Source: Arcobacteraceae bacterium (GTDB taxonomy: Bacteria > Campylobacterota > Campylobacteria > Campylobacterales > Arcobacteraceae). Taken from it: a stretch of DNA of 64,000 nt. Position 1 is the first letter of the stretch. Every line of letters starts with the position of its first letter. The position numbers were made by a program, and so were the translations under genes. Of this stretch, positions 41,215 to 50,951 are shown one piece after another. The stretch lies in NCBI GenBank assembly GCA_963662945.1, contig OY759974.1, positions 961,436-1,025,435 of the forward strand, given 5' to 3'. The notes under the pieces are model-generated. The model saw only the letters and a list, made by a program, of their open reading frames with translations, was not told the origin of the DNA and searched no databases.

Positions 41215-42310
41215 AGCTTATATAACAAATACAGCTTTAATTTGTTGTTCTGGAGAAAATGAAGAGCAATTATTTCACAATATTTGTACTGGGAATAGTT
41301 TTATAAAAACTGATACAGACTATTTTCAAAATATACCAGCTGCAATTGGGAAAATCTCTTCTGAACAAACTTTTTTTAATAATCTTCTTCTTAAATGTGA
41401 AGAAATTTTAAATAATAGTAACCTACAAAACTTTGAAGATACGCTTCTTATTATTGGTTCATCTGTAGGTGGAATAGCTATAACTGAAGAGAGTTATTTA
41501 AAAAATGGCAACTATTCACAAATAGACCCAAACTATCATAATATCCATACAATACAAACTATACTTGAAAAAAAATTTAAATTTTCCGATGGGGTTTCTT
41601 TTTCTACAGCTTGTACTTCAAGTGCAAATGCTTTAGGATATGCATATGAAGTTATTACAAAAGGTTTATATCAAAATGTACTAGTACTTGGTGTTGATCA
41701 GTTATCTCAAACTACTGTTGGGGGTTTTTTATCTTTGGGTGTTCTTTCAAGTGAACCTTGTAAACCTTTTGATATAAATAGAGATGGAATGAATGTGGCA
41801 GAAGCAATCGCTTGTCTTTTAATTCAATCAAAACCAAATAACAACAGTATTGAGATTTGTGGAGTGGGATATAGTTCTGATGCTTACCATATGACACATC
41901 CTCATCCTGATGGATTAGGAGCAAAAAGTGCGATGGAAAAAGCACTATCACAAGCGAATATATCTGAAAAAAATATTGACTATATTAATGCTCATGGAAC
42001 AGGTACTGGAGCAAATGACTCTGCTGAAGCAAATGCAATTGCAAATTTATTTACAAATGCCCCTTATGTTAGTTCTACAAAATCTATAACGGGTCATACT
42101 CTAGGAGCTGCTGGTGCTTTAGAAGCGATTATTTGTAAATTAGTCATAAACAATCAAACTATACCAACAAGTACAAACTTAACAAACATTGAGAATGAGC
42201 AAATTAATCTAACAATGCAAAATATAGAAAAAGAGATTAATTATGTAATAAGTAACTCTTTTGCATTTGGTGGTAATAACTGTAGTTTAGTATTTGGGAA
42301 AGTACAATGA
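41198..42310 (+). CDS. Beta-ketoacyl-ACP synthase (FabF/KAS II-like), KS1
   Basis: 370 aa. Cys-His-His triad: STACTSSANALGYA, SDAYHMTHPHPDG, NAHGTGT. Also GHTLGAAG. Confidence 0.88.
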   Translation: MTIKNKAYITNTALICCSGENEEQLFHNICTGNSFIKTDTDYFQNIPAAIGKISSEQTFFNNLLLKCEEILNNSNLQNFEDTLLIIGSSVGGIAITEESYLKNGNYSQIDPNYHNIHTIQTILEKKFKFSDGVSFSTACTSSANALGYAYEVITKGLYQNVLVLGVDQLSQTTVGGFLSLGVLSSEPCKPFDINRDGMNVAEAIACLLIQSKPNNNSIEICGVGYSSDAYHMTHPHPDGLGAKSAMEKALSQANISEKNIDYINAHGTGTGANDSAEANAIANLFTNAPYVSSTKSITGHTLGAAGALEAIICKLVINNQTIPTSTNLTNIENEQINLTMQNIEKEINYVISNSFAFGGNNCSLVFGKVQ

Positions 42311-42951
42311 TAAATTTAGAAATTATAGATGCTGCCTTCATATATGATTCAAAAGAAATAGAAAACCTTCAAACCAAAGAATTAGTTCCAAAAATGGTAA
42401 CAAGAAGAAGATTAACAAGAGCAGCTAAAATTGCCATCTATTTAGCGAATGCTGTTAACTTTACAACAGGACGAATAGTATATGGAAGTAGTTTTGGTGA
42501 GATTCCTGCTACTGCTAGTATATTAAAAAGTATTAAAGATAAAGAGACTATAAGTCCAACAGATTTTCAAAATTCTGTTTATAATACAGCTGCATCTTAT
42601 CTTTCAATGCTATATGGAAATCAAAGTGAGATAATGACTCTCTCTAGTGGAGATAATACCTCTAAAAGTTTACTAAAAATGGGAGCTGTAAAAGCATTAG
42701 ATGGAGATGAAATTCTACTTATTGCTACTGAGACACTTAATATTCCACATATTGAAGAAGTTAATAAGTGTATAGACTACTTAGAATGTGGTGTTGCCTT
42801 GAAAATAAAAGTAACTCAACTGTCACCAAATTTTGATACTATAAATAATGATAATGATTTTTTAAAAGTTCCAAATTCATTAAAAGAGTTATTTAACATT
42901 GCAAAACAATTTAAAGAAACCGAGCAAAATATACTTGAGATTACAATATGA
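42307..42951 (+). CDS. KS-like chain-length-factor partner (no active-site Cys), CLF1
   Basis: 214 aa. RRLTRAAKIAIYLA and TDFQNSVYNTAASYLSMLYG occupy the KS active-site region, but there is no Cys/His/His triad. ATGA overlap with KS1. Confidence 0.6.
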   Translation: MINLEIIDAAFIYDSKEIENLQTKELVPKMVTRRRLTRAAKIAIYLANAVNFTTGRIVYGSSFGEIPATASILKSIKDKETISPTDFQNSVYNTAASYLSMLYGNQSEIMTLSSGDNTSKSLLKMGAVKALDGDEILLIATETLNIPHIEEVNKCIDYLECGVALKIKVTQLSPNFDTINNDNDFLKVPNSLKELFNIAKQFKETEQNILEITI

Positions 42952-43307
42952 AATTACCCCATTTAGAACCTTTAATATTTGCTAAAAAAATTGTAGAAAA
43001 GAATGAAAATAATACTATAGTATTATGTGAATTTCAAGAGATACCAACATTTACAACTTTTATCGAAGCTGCTGCTCAATCAAGTTCATCATTTGTTGAC
43101 CAAGAGAAACCAAAACTAGGTTTTTTAGCTACAGTAAAAAATATTGAACAACATAAAGAATTTGACCAATTACAATATCATATACATTTAAAACTTGAAG
43201 CTCAAATTGCTGAATTTAAACAATTTTATTTTGAAGTTTTTAAGCTTAATAACAATACAGAAGCATACATCTCTGGTAACTTCAGTGTTATTATCAAAGA
43301 AGCATAA
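42948..43307 (+). CDS. Small hotdog-fold protein (FabZ-like N-terminal and central-helix motifs, no HFP catalytic motif)
   Basis: 119 aa. KLPHLEPLIFAKKIV resembles the FabZ LPHRxPFLxVD motif, and FIEAAAQSS resembles the ExxAQ central helix. Confidence 0.45.
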   Translation: MKLPHLEPLIFAKKIVEKNENNTIVLCEFQEIPTFTTFIEAAAQSSSSFVDQEKPKLGFLATVKNIEQHKEFDQLQYHIHLKLEAQIAEFKQFYFEVFKLNNNTEAYISGNFSVIIKEA

Positions 43308-43320
43308 AGGATAGATACAC

Positions 43321-43635
43321 TTGCTAAAAGATTTATTTACTATAGTACAAAATACAGATACACAAATAATTGTGAAACTAAGTGATGAAAATCATCCTAT
43401 ATTTAAAGCACATTTTCCAAACTATCCAATACTTCCAGGTTTTTTACTGATTGAAATTGTAGTCAATGTATTAGAGGATACTATAAAAAAAATTCATTCT
43501 GCAAAATTTATAGCTCATACCTTACCTAATGATACTATTATTTATAATATCAATAAAGATGCCTTAAAAACTAAAATCAAAATTGTAAAAGATGATGAAC
43601 AAAATAGTAAAATTGCAGAGATAATCTATGAGTAA
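43321..43635 (+). CDS. 3-hydroxyacyl-ACP dehydratase, FabZ/FabA-like small hotdog
   Basis: 104 aa, TTG start. HFPNYPILPGFLLIEIV is the catalytic His/PG/Glu motif. Confidence 0.7.
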   Translation: MLKDLFTIVQNTDTQIIVKLSDENHPIFKAHFPNYPILPGFLLIEIVVNVLEDTIKKIHSAKFIAHTLPNDTIIYNINKDALKTKIKIVKDDEQNSKIAEIIYE

Positions 43636-44323
43636 ACAAGACACAATAGTAGTAGTACCTACATATAATAACCCTAAAACTATAAAACAAGTGGTTGATG
43701 ATATTTTAAATAATCATTATGAAGTAATAGTAGTTGATGATGGTTCTCTAAATAGTGTAGAAAATATTTTATCTGATGAAAAATATAAAAATGTTCATAT
43801 TGAAACACATTCTGTCAACATAGGGAAAGGTCAAGCAATACTTACTGGTGCAAAAAAAGCGAAACAATTAGGATATAAAAATATTGTTAGCATGGATGGT
43901 GATGGTCAGCACTTAGCAAGTGAAGTTATAAAACTTATAGAAACAAATACAATTGAAAATCAAATCGTCATAGGCTCAAGAAATTTTAATATAGATAACA
44001 TTCCAAAAAAATCTAAAATCGGAAGAGCCTTTCATAACTTTTGGATTAAATTAAATAGTGGATTTAATATTGAAGATTCATTAAGTGGTTTTAGACTTTA
44101 TCCTGTTTCAATTATAGATTTAGGAACTAAAAAAGTGGGTTTTAGTTTTGAAATAGAAGTTTTAGTCAAACATCTTTGGAAATATCAACATATGACACAA
44201 GCTACAATTGAATGTTTTTATCCAAAACCAGAAGATAGGGTAAGTCATTTTGATAACTATAAAGATACTCTTAGATTTATCCTCTTACATTTACAATTAT
44301 TTTTTTTAAAATTTTTAAAATAA
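43628..44323 (+). CDS. Family 2 glycosyltransferase
   Basis: 231 aa. Motifs VVVPTYNN, VIVVDDGS and DGDGQH. Confidence 0.8.
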   Translation: MSKQDTIVVVPTYNNPKTIKQVVDDILNNHYEVIVVDDGSLNSVENILSDEKYKNVHIETHSVNIGKGQAILTGAKKAKQLGYKNIVSMDGDGQHLASEVIKLIETNTIENQIVIGSRNFNIDNIPKKSKIGRAFHNFWIKLNSGFNIEDSLSGFRLYPVSIIDLGTKKVGFSFEIEVLVKHLWKYQHMTQATIECFYPKPEDRVSHFDNYKDTLRFILLHLQLFFLKFLK

Positions 44324-44402
44324 AATTAATTATTTTTATTAAAACATAAAAATAATTCAAGTATCATATGTTCTCATAAAATTAAACTTCAAGGACTCAG
44401 TA

Positions 44403-45362
44403 ATGAAAAATATTTTTAAGTATATTGGTACTGCATTATTTGTATTGATATTAACAGGATGTGGTGGTACAGCTATTTACAATATTGACAATAGTAATAC
44501 AATAGCAGGTAAAACTTCAATGAAACAAATTGAAACTGCTATTAAAAAAGGTGCTTTAAGAAAAAATTGGTCTGTTAAAAAGGAAAAAGAGGGGTTACTT
44601 ACAGCTACAGTTAACGTAAGAGGAAAACATATTGCTGTTGTTTCAATCTCATACGATACAAAAGGTTATAAAATTGATTATAAAGACAGTCAAGGTTTAG
44701 ATTATGATGCATCTTCTAATACTATCCACAAAAATTATAATAAATGGATATCTAACTTAGAAAGAAATATCAACTATGAATTAGCACAAATAGGTTTACA
44801 GCAAACTAGTTCAGCTATTCAAACAACAAATCCTACATCACAACCCGTTGCAACAAAACCTGCAACTGTTACAACTACAAATGTAAAAAAGGCTGGTGAT
44901 TTAAGTCTTGGGGGTAAAACAGTATATATTAAAAGTGTTATCCCTTATGCCCCTACAGCACCTGTTGCTCCAAACATCAAAGCAGAATGTATTATAGATC
45001 AACAACTCAGTGAGTTTATAGTTAAATCAGCACAAGCAAGTGGTCTAAATGTGGTGGTAAAAAATGATATTGGGAAAAATGATATAGAACTAAAAGTTGA
45101 AATTGCTGATGCAGTAAGTCAAGGTGGTGCATTTAGAGGACATAATAAATATGTTGCAATCAATGGTGCTTTAGTTCAAGGAGATAAACAATTTCAATCT
45201 TTCAAAGCAGCTAGAATTTCTGGTGGAGGTTTCTGGGGTGCATACAAAAGTTCTTGTGCTGTGTTAGGAAGAACAGTAGAGGCATTAGGTAAAGATGTTG
45301 GTGTATGGTTATCAAGTCCTATTGATGGTGCTAGACTTGGCGATACTTACCTCATAAGATAA
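44403..45362 (+). CDS. Lipoprotein of unknown function: two domains joined by a T/P/Q-rich linker
   Basis: 319 aa. Lipobox ILTGCGG and linker QQTSSAIQTTNPTSQPVATKPATVTTTN. Confidence 0.55.
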   Translation: MKNIFKYIGTALFVLILTGCGGTAIYNIDNSNTIAGKTSMKQIETAIKKGALRKNWSVKKEKEGLLTATVNVRGKHIAVVSISYDTKGYKIDYKDSQGLDYDASSNTIHKNYNKWISNLERNINYELAQIGLQQTSSAIQTTNPTSQPVATKPATVTTTNVKKAGDLSLGGKTVYIKSVIPYAPTAPVAPNIKAECIIDQQLSEFIVKSAQASGLNVVVKNDIGKNDIELKVEIADAVSQGGAFRGHNKYVAINGALVQGDKQFQSFKAARISGGGFWGAYKSSCAVLGRTVEALGKDVGVWLSSPIDGARLGDTYLIR

Positions 45363-45366
45363 TAAA

Positions 45367-45978
45367 ATGAAAAATTTAATAACTATCTTCTTCTTAAGTA
45401 TATTTACTTTTATATTCAGTGGTTGTAACAATGATAAGTTACAATTAGATAATTCCCAAATGAAAACGACATATTACACACAAGTTAATATGTGGTATCA
45501 TAAAAAAGTTACACAAACAGACCCTACAAATGATGGATTAACACACTCAAAAGGGGAATATGCTGAATATACAATTTATTCAACTAATTATAACAATGGT
45601 ACATTACTTCCTTTAAATTCTGAAGTAACAATAACATATCTTGATAGAAATATTATTTTCTTTGAATATAACAATAAAGTTTTTGCACTCAAAAGAACAA
45701 ATCATAGTAAACATATTAGTTTAGAGGGGATATTTAAAAGAACTTTTGCAACTCAAAAAATCTCTTTAGAAAAATATGATGCATTGACACAACACAGTAT
45801 TCTTAACGCAGAGGTAAAACAAGATATGTCAAAAGATGCAATTATCTTATCAAGAGGATACCCACCTGAGCACAGAACTCGAACACTAGATGCCAACACA
45901 TGGTACTATTGGTCAAGTACACATAATAAACAAGCTTTATCTTTTAAAGATAATAAACTTGAATCAATTAGAGATTAA
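45367..45978 (+). CDS. Lipoprotein of unknown function (C-terminal SmpA/OmlA, BamE-like motif by eye)
   Basis: 203 aa. Lipobox IFSGCNN. MSKDAIILSRGYPPEHRTRTLDANTWYYW resembles the BamE-type pattern. Confidence 0.5.
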   Translation: MKNLITIFFLSIFTFIFSGCNNDKLQLDNSQMKTTYYTQVNMWYHKKVTQTDPTNDGLTHSKGEYAEYTIYSTNYNNGTLLPLNSEVTITYLDRNIIFFEYNNKVFALKRTNHSKHISLEGIFKRTFATQKISLEKYDALTQHSILNAEVKQDMSKDAIILSRGYPPEHRTRTLDANTWYYWSSTHNKQALSFKDNKLESIRD

Positions 45979-45999
45979 AACTTTTAAAGTTTTAATCTT

Positions 46000-47214
46000 T
46001 TATGAACACAAACTTACAAGAGTGTCAATTTTTTCTTTTGTATTTGTTGTAAAATAATTATCTTCATCCCAAACATACCCAGAAAGAATCGAAGCGATAG
46101 ATTTCTTAATTGTTTCAGCTTTTTTAGGACAGTAAAAAATTTTTCTTAATTTTCCTTCATACCAAGCATATACAAACTCTCTAAATACATTAATACCTAT
46201 CATCATATACTCTTCGTAATCTTTTTCCCAATCTGGATTTTCACCTTTAAGTTCTTTGATAATCATATCCGCAACTCTGTCTGAAGATTCTAAAGCAAGT
46301 GTAACACCTGAAGAAAAAACTGGATCTAGAAACTCTGTTGCATTTCCACTAAGTGCAAAACCTTTCCCATACATTTTTTTAATCGCTGATGAATACCCTT
46401 CTATAATTCCAACAGGCTGTAATTTTACTGCATTTTCTAATTTTTCTTTTAAATATGGATGTGTATCAACAACTTTATCAAAAAAATCTTCTAAAGAGAG
46501 TTGTGTATTTTTAAAATATGATTCTTCACATACAATTCCCATAGAAGTTGTACCATCACTAAAAGGTATTATCCAAAGCCAAGCTTGATTGTCATCATGA
46601 ATTACTATGTCTATAAATCCCTCTTTTTCTTCTTCTCTTCTTTTTTCACCTTTTATTCGAGTAAAGATTGCATTTCTGAGTTTTAAATCTGAAGGGATAT
46701 CTAAATTTAATAATTTTGGTAATACTCTTCCATAACCAGAAGCATCTAAAACAAATTTTGCTTTAAAAGTATGTAAAATATTTGTGTCATCTACTGCTGT
46801 AATAATATTTGCATTATTGTCATAATCAGTTACTGTATATTTATGAAGTACAACTGCACCAAGTTTTTTTGCAGTTTCTAAAAGTACGTTATCAAATTCT
46901 TCTCTTTTAACTTGAAAGCTTGTTCCCCATTTTTGTCCAAGATTCTTAGTAAAATCAATTACTTCTTCCCTTTTTTCTTCATCAATAAAAATAGCCCCTC
47001 CCTTTACAATATAACCTTGTTCTTTTATAATATCAATTAAACCATTTTTATCTAAAAGTTCATTACATCTAGGTAGTAATGATTCTCCAATAACAAATCT
47101 TGGAAACTCTAACCTTTCAAGTATAGTTACACTATATCCTGCTTTTAAAAGTTTACATGCTGCAAGTGAACCACTTGGACCTCCACCAATTATAACTACA
47201 TCAGTATTTACCAT
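46000..47214 (-). CDS. Flavin-dependent halogenase
   Basis: Start moved to ATG 47214 (MVNTDVVIIGGGPSGS), with AGGAGA upstream. GxGxxG motif; WxWxIP motif as WLWIIP; FxxPxxSxG motif as FLDPVFSSG. Candidate catalytic Lys in GYIVKGGAIF, about 27 residues after IGESLLP. Confidence 0.72.
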   Translation of the reverse strand: MVNTDVVIIGGGPSGSLAACKLLKAGYSVTILERLEFPRFVIGESLLPRCNELLDKNGLIDIIKEQGYIVKGGAIFIDEEKREEVIDFTKNLGQKWGTSFQVKREEFDNVLLETAKKLGAVVLHKYTVTDYDNNANIITAVDDTNILHTFKAKFVLDASGYGRVLPKLLNLDIPSDLKLRNAIFTRIKGEKRREEEKEGFIDIVIHDDNQAWLWIIPFSDGTTSMGIVCEESYFKNTQLSLEDFFDKVVDTHPYLKEKLENAVKLQPVGIIEGYSSAIKKMYGKGFALSGNATEFLDPVFSSGVTLALESSDRVADMIIKELKGENPDWEKDYEEYMMIGINVFREFVYAWYEGKLRKIFYCPKKAETIKKSIASILSGYVWDEDNYFTTNTKEKIDTLVSLCS

Positions 47215-47316
47215 TATTTCTCCTAAATTAAAGCATAATCTTATCATATAATTAGTTAACTTTAGTTATAATTTAGATTATTAAAATTAATATATTATAT
47301 ATAGGAAAAGTTCTTT

Positions 47317-48183
47317 ATGGCTCAGAAACAAAGAGTTGGTGGTGTTATTGTAAAAACTCTTTATAAATTATACAAACTTTTTGGATATAAATTTGTCTAT
47401 TATAGTTTGCACTTGGTAGTTTTATACTATTTTTTATTTGCCAGAAATGTACGAGACTCTTTAAAGATATATTATAAACATCTCAATATACCTTTTTCAA
47501 ATAAATTATATTTTCAGCATCTATTGCACTATGCTATTGCAACTTCAGATAGATTTATATCTAAATCTGACCCAGAGTTATATCAATTTGAAAATAAAAA
47601 AAGAGAAACTCTTCTAAAAGAGATAAAAAGTGGTTCAATAATACTTGCAAATCATTTTGGAGGTTGGGCAACTTCAACAAATTATTTTCGAGATAATGAA
47701 ACTAGTATTCATGTTGTTATGAGTGAAGCAATGTTAAACAGTGCCAAAGAGTTTGAAGATATTATTGATAGAAAGCATACAAAAAATATTAATATCATAG
47801 ATCTTTCAAAAGGTTTAATTCATGCATATATAACTATTGCAAATGCTCTTTTAGACAATGAATCAGTAGCACTTATGGGTGATAGAACTTTAGATTCAAA
47901 ACATAATTACCAAGTGAAGTTTTTTGGAGAACAAGCGAATTTCAATAAAAATCCATTTGTTATAGCATATAAAACACAAAAACCTATTATCTTAATTTTT
48001 GTAATTTATAAAGAATTACTCAAATATGAGGTAAAATTTCACAAAATAGAACTAGACTACAATCTTGCGCTAGAAGAAGCAATCGATCAAAGTATAAAAC
48101 AATACGTAGAATACTTATCAAATACCTTGATCCAATACCCTACTCAGTGGTTCAATTTTTACAATTTTTGGGAGAATAAATAA
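47317..48183 (+). CDS. Lysophospholipid/lipid A-type (LPLAT, LpxL-like) acyltransferase
   Basis: 288 aa. N-terminal TM helix and ANHFGGW in the position of the HX4(D/E) acyltransferase motif. Size and context fit ApeD-like proteins. Confidence 0.55.
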   Translation: MAQKQRVGGVIVKTLYKLYKLFGYKFVYYSLHLVVLYYFLFARNVRDSLKIYYKHLNIPFSNKLYFQHLLHYAIATSDRFISKSDPELYQFENKKRETLLKEIKSGSIILANHFGGWATSTNYFRDNETSIHVVMSEAMLNSAKEFEDIIDRKHTKNINIIDLSKGLIHAYITIANALLDNESVALMGDRTLDSKHNYQVKFFGEQANFNKNPFVIAYKTQKPIILIFVIYKELLKYEVKFHKIELDYNLALEEAIDQSIKQYVEYLSNTLIQYPTQWFNFYNFWENK

Positions 48184-48186
48184 TAT

Positions 48187-49707
48187 ATGAAATTAACAAT
48201 AGATAAAAGAACGATATCTTTAGAAGAGATTACAAAAGCTACAAATATAGAAATTTCAAAAGATGAAAATTTTATAACTTTTATGAATCACACACATGAT
48301 TTTATGATGAATACAATTAAAGCTGGTAAACCAATATATGGTATTACTACAGGATATGGTGCAAGTGGTAAAAACTATGTTAGTTATGATGATGCAGCAA
48401 CATTACAAACAAATTTATTTCGTTTTCATGGGTGTGGTATAGGTGCAAACTTAAATTATGAAGTATGTAGATATGCAGTTATTTGTAGAACTATCTCTTT
48501 AAGTAAAGCTCGATCTGGAGTTTCTATGAATCTTTTACATAGATTAGAGATGCTTATCCAAAAAGATATTATTCCTGTAATACCTTCTCAAGGGAGCGTT
48601 GGTGCAAGTGGAGATTTAACACCACTTTCATATATCGCAGCAGTTATTGCAGGGGAAAGAGAAGTATATTATAAAGGTGAGATAAGAGATGTAATGGAAG
48701 TTTACAATGAACTGAGTATCACACCATATAAATTTGAACCAAAAGAAGCCTTAGCTATCATGAATGGTACTACAATTATGAGTGCAATTGCCCTAAAAGC
48801 TATTGAAGAGTTTGAAGTTATTGTAGATTCTATGGAATCTTATGTATCTGGGATGTTTGAAGTACTTTTGGGAGATGATACTCCAGTTGCAGATTTTGTA
48901 CATGATTCAAAACCATTTAGCGGACAAATAAAAGCTGCCAAAAATATTCAAACAAAAATTGCAGGTTCTAAACTTACTCATGGAAGAGATGATAGATATG
49001 ATAAGTTTTTTGCAGACAATGACTTAAATATTCAAGATACATATTCTATGCGATGTGCACCACAAGTTTTAGGGGTGATTAGAGACAATCTAGAAATATC
49101 TAAAAACTGGGTGGAAACAGAGATAAACAGTGTAAATGATAATCCACTAATAGATGGAGAAAATCAAAAAATATATACCTCAGGAAACTTTTATGGTGGG
49201 TATGTAGCTCATGCTATGGATACACTTAAAATTTGTGCTGCAAATTTAGCTGACTTGTTAGATAAAGAGTTTGCACTTTTAGTTGATCATAAATTCAACC
49301 GTGGTTTAGGGGAAAATTTAAAACTTTCAAATGAACCATTTTTTCATGGGTTTAAAGCTATGCAAATTAGTCTTAGTTCATTGAGTGCTGATGTTATCAA
49401 AAATACAACAGCAGCTTCAATTCACTCAAGACCAACAGAATCACTTAATCAAGATAAAGTATCTATGGGGACAACTGCTGCAAATGATTTTGCTAAAATG
49501 ATTCCAGAACTTCATAATATGCTTTCAATTGCCTTTATAGGTATGGCTCAGGCCGTTGATATAAGAGGAGTAAGTGAAGTATCACCACATCTTGCAAATA
49601 TATATAAGGAAATAAGAACCATTGTAAAACCTCTTTATGAAGATAGAAGAATGGATATTGATATTAAAAATATTAAAAAAATTCTCCAAGAAGCGAAATT
49701 TATCTAA
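48187..49707 (+). CDS. MIO-dependent aromatic amino acid ammonia-lyase (HAL/PAL/TAL family)
   Basis: 506 aa. YGITTGYG, MIO triad in GSVGASGDLTPLS, SMRCAPQV, NDNPLI and NQDKVSMG. Confidence 0.88.
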   Translation: MKLTIDKRTISLEEITKATNIEISKDENFITFMNHTHDFMMNTIKAGKPIYGITTGYGASGKNYVSYDDAATLQTNLFRFHGCGIGANLNYEVCRYAVICRTISLSKARSGVSMNLLHRLEMLIQKDIIPVIPSQGSVGASGDLTPLSYIAAVIAGEREVYYKGEIRDVMEVYNELSITPYKFEPKEALAIMNGTTIMSAIALKAIEEFEVIVDSMESYVSGMFEVLLGDDTPVADFVHDSKPFSGQIKAAKNIQTKIAGSKLTHGRDDRYDKFFADNDLNIQDTYSMRCAPQVLGVIRDNLEISKNWVETEINSVNDNPLIDGENQKIYTSGNFYGGYVAHAMDTLKICAANLADLLDKEFALLVDHKFNRGLGENLKLSNEPFFHGFKAMQISLSSLSADVIKNTTAASIHSRPTESLNQDKVSMGTTAANDFAKMIPELHNMLSIAFIGMAQAVDIRGVSEVSPHLANIYKEIRTIVKPLYEDRRMDIDIKNIKKILQEAKFI

Positions 49708-49717
49708 GAAGTAAAAA

Positions 49718-50422
49718 ATGGAATTAAAAAAAGTATTAGTAACAGGTGCAACAGGAAGTATTGGAGAATCGATAGTAAAAGAGTTTGCTAAAAATGGTTA
49801 TTTTGTCTATATTCACTATAACTCAAATAAAGAAAAAGCACTCAAAATTCTTGAAGATATAGAAAGTTGTGGGGAACTAATCACTTTTAATATCAAAGAT
49901 AAAAACTCTATAAGAGAAGCTTTAGAGGGTATAAGTGTTGATGTACTTATAAACAATGCTGGAATTATCAAAGATAATCTTTTTTTCTTTATGGAAGATG
50001 CTGAGTTTGAAGATGTGATTGATACAAACTTAAAAGGGTTGTATTATGTGACAAAAACTCTTTCAAAAAATATGATGATGAACAAAAATGGAAGTATCGT
50101 AAATATGGCTTCCATCTCTGGACTTATAGGTAACAGTGGTCAAGCCAATTATTCAGCTTCTAAAGGTGGTATTGTAGCCCTAACAAAAACTTTGGCTATA
50201 GAACTTGGAAGATATAAAATTAGAGTCAATACAATTGCTCCAGGTATCATCGAGTCAGAGATGATAGAAAATATTCCAAATGTAAAAGAGATGAAAAAAG
50301 CAATACCTCTTAATAGATTTGGAAAACCAGAAGAGGTAGCAAAAGCAACTTATTTTATGGCTGTTGATGCTACATTTGTCACAGGAGAGACACTTAATAT
50401 CAGTGGTGGTATGGTTCGATAA
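49718..50422 (+). CDS. fabG: 3-oxoacyl-ACP reductase (SDR, FabG-like)
   Basis: 234 aa. TGATGSIG, NNAG, and the catalytic S...YSASK. Confidence 0.85.
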   Translation: MELKKVLVTGATGSIGESIVKEFAKNGYFVYIHYNSNKEKALKILEDIESCGELITFNIKDKNSIREALEGISVDVLINNAGIIKDNLFFFMEDAEFEDVIDTNLKGLYYVTKTLSKNMMMNKNGSIVNMASISGLIGNSGQANYSASKGGIVALTKTLAIELGRYKIRVNTIAPGIIESEMIENIPNVKEMKKAIPLNRFGKPEEVAKATYFMAVDATFVTGETLNISGGMVR

Positions 50423-50424
50423 AG

Positions 50425-50949
50425 ATGCATATATTATTTTCGCTTCTTTATGCACCTTTTGTTTTTTTATCTTTACGATATTTTAATTTAAAAGTTGTTT
50501 CAATTATCATTTTTATAATCTCTTTAGGGTGGTTTTTATTAGTATTTAAAAAAGGTTTTAAAGAGATACTTTTCCCTAGTTTTTATCTTGGAGTTTCATT
50601 TTGTGCTTTTGTATTTAATGATTTTATTCTCTTAAAAAGTTTACCTCTTATTCTTTCTATCCTTGTAAGCCTCTATTTTTTTTACAGTTACTTTACAAAA
50701 AACTCTTTTATTTTGCATTTATTAAACAAATTAAAAAAAGAGATAGATGAAGAGGAAAAAAACTATATACAAAAAGCAACACTATTTTGGGCTTTGGTGT
50801 CTATTGTAAATATCGCTTTACACCTCTTTGTTTTATATAATGATAATATAAATTATTGGATAATATACACTTCTATTGGATGGTATTTTGTATTTGGAGT
50901 AGCATTTGTAATACAGATGATACATAAAAAAATATATTTAAAAAAATAA
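50425..50949 (+). CDS. Small polytopic membrane protein (ApeG/COG4648-like by position)
   Basis: 174 aa with 5 hydrophobic helices. It starts 2 nt after the fabG stop. Confidence 0.45.
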   Translation: MHILFSLLYAPFVFLSLRYFNLKVVSIIIFIISLGWFLLVFKKGFKEILFPSFYLGVSFCAFVFNDFILLKSLPLILSILVSLYFFYSYFTKNSFILHLLNKLKKEIDEEEKNYIQKATLFWALVSIVNIALHLFVLYNDNINYWIIYTSIGWYFVFGVAFVIQMIHKKIYLKK

Positions 50950-50951
50950 TC

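Noticed and set aside
47215-47247. Upstream start of the halogenase ORF (MIRLCFNLGEI...)
   Set aside because: ATG 47214 is preceded by AGGAGA and puts the GxGxxG fold at the usual distance from the N-terminus.
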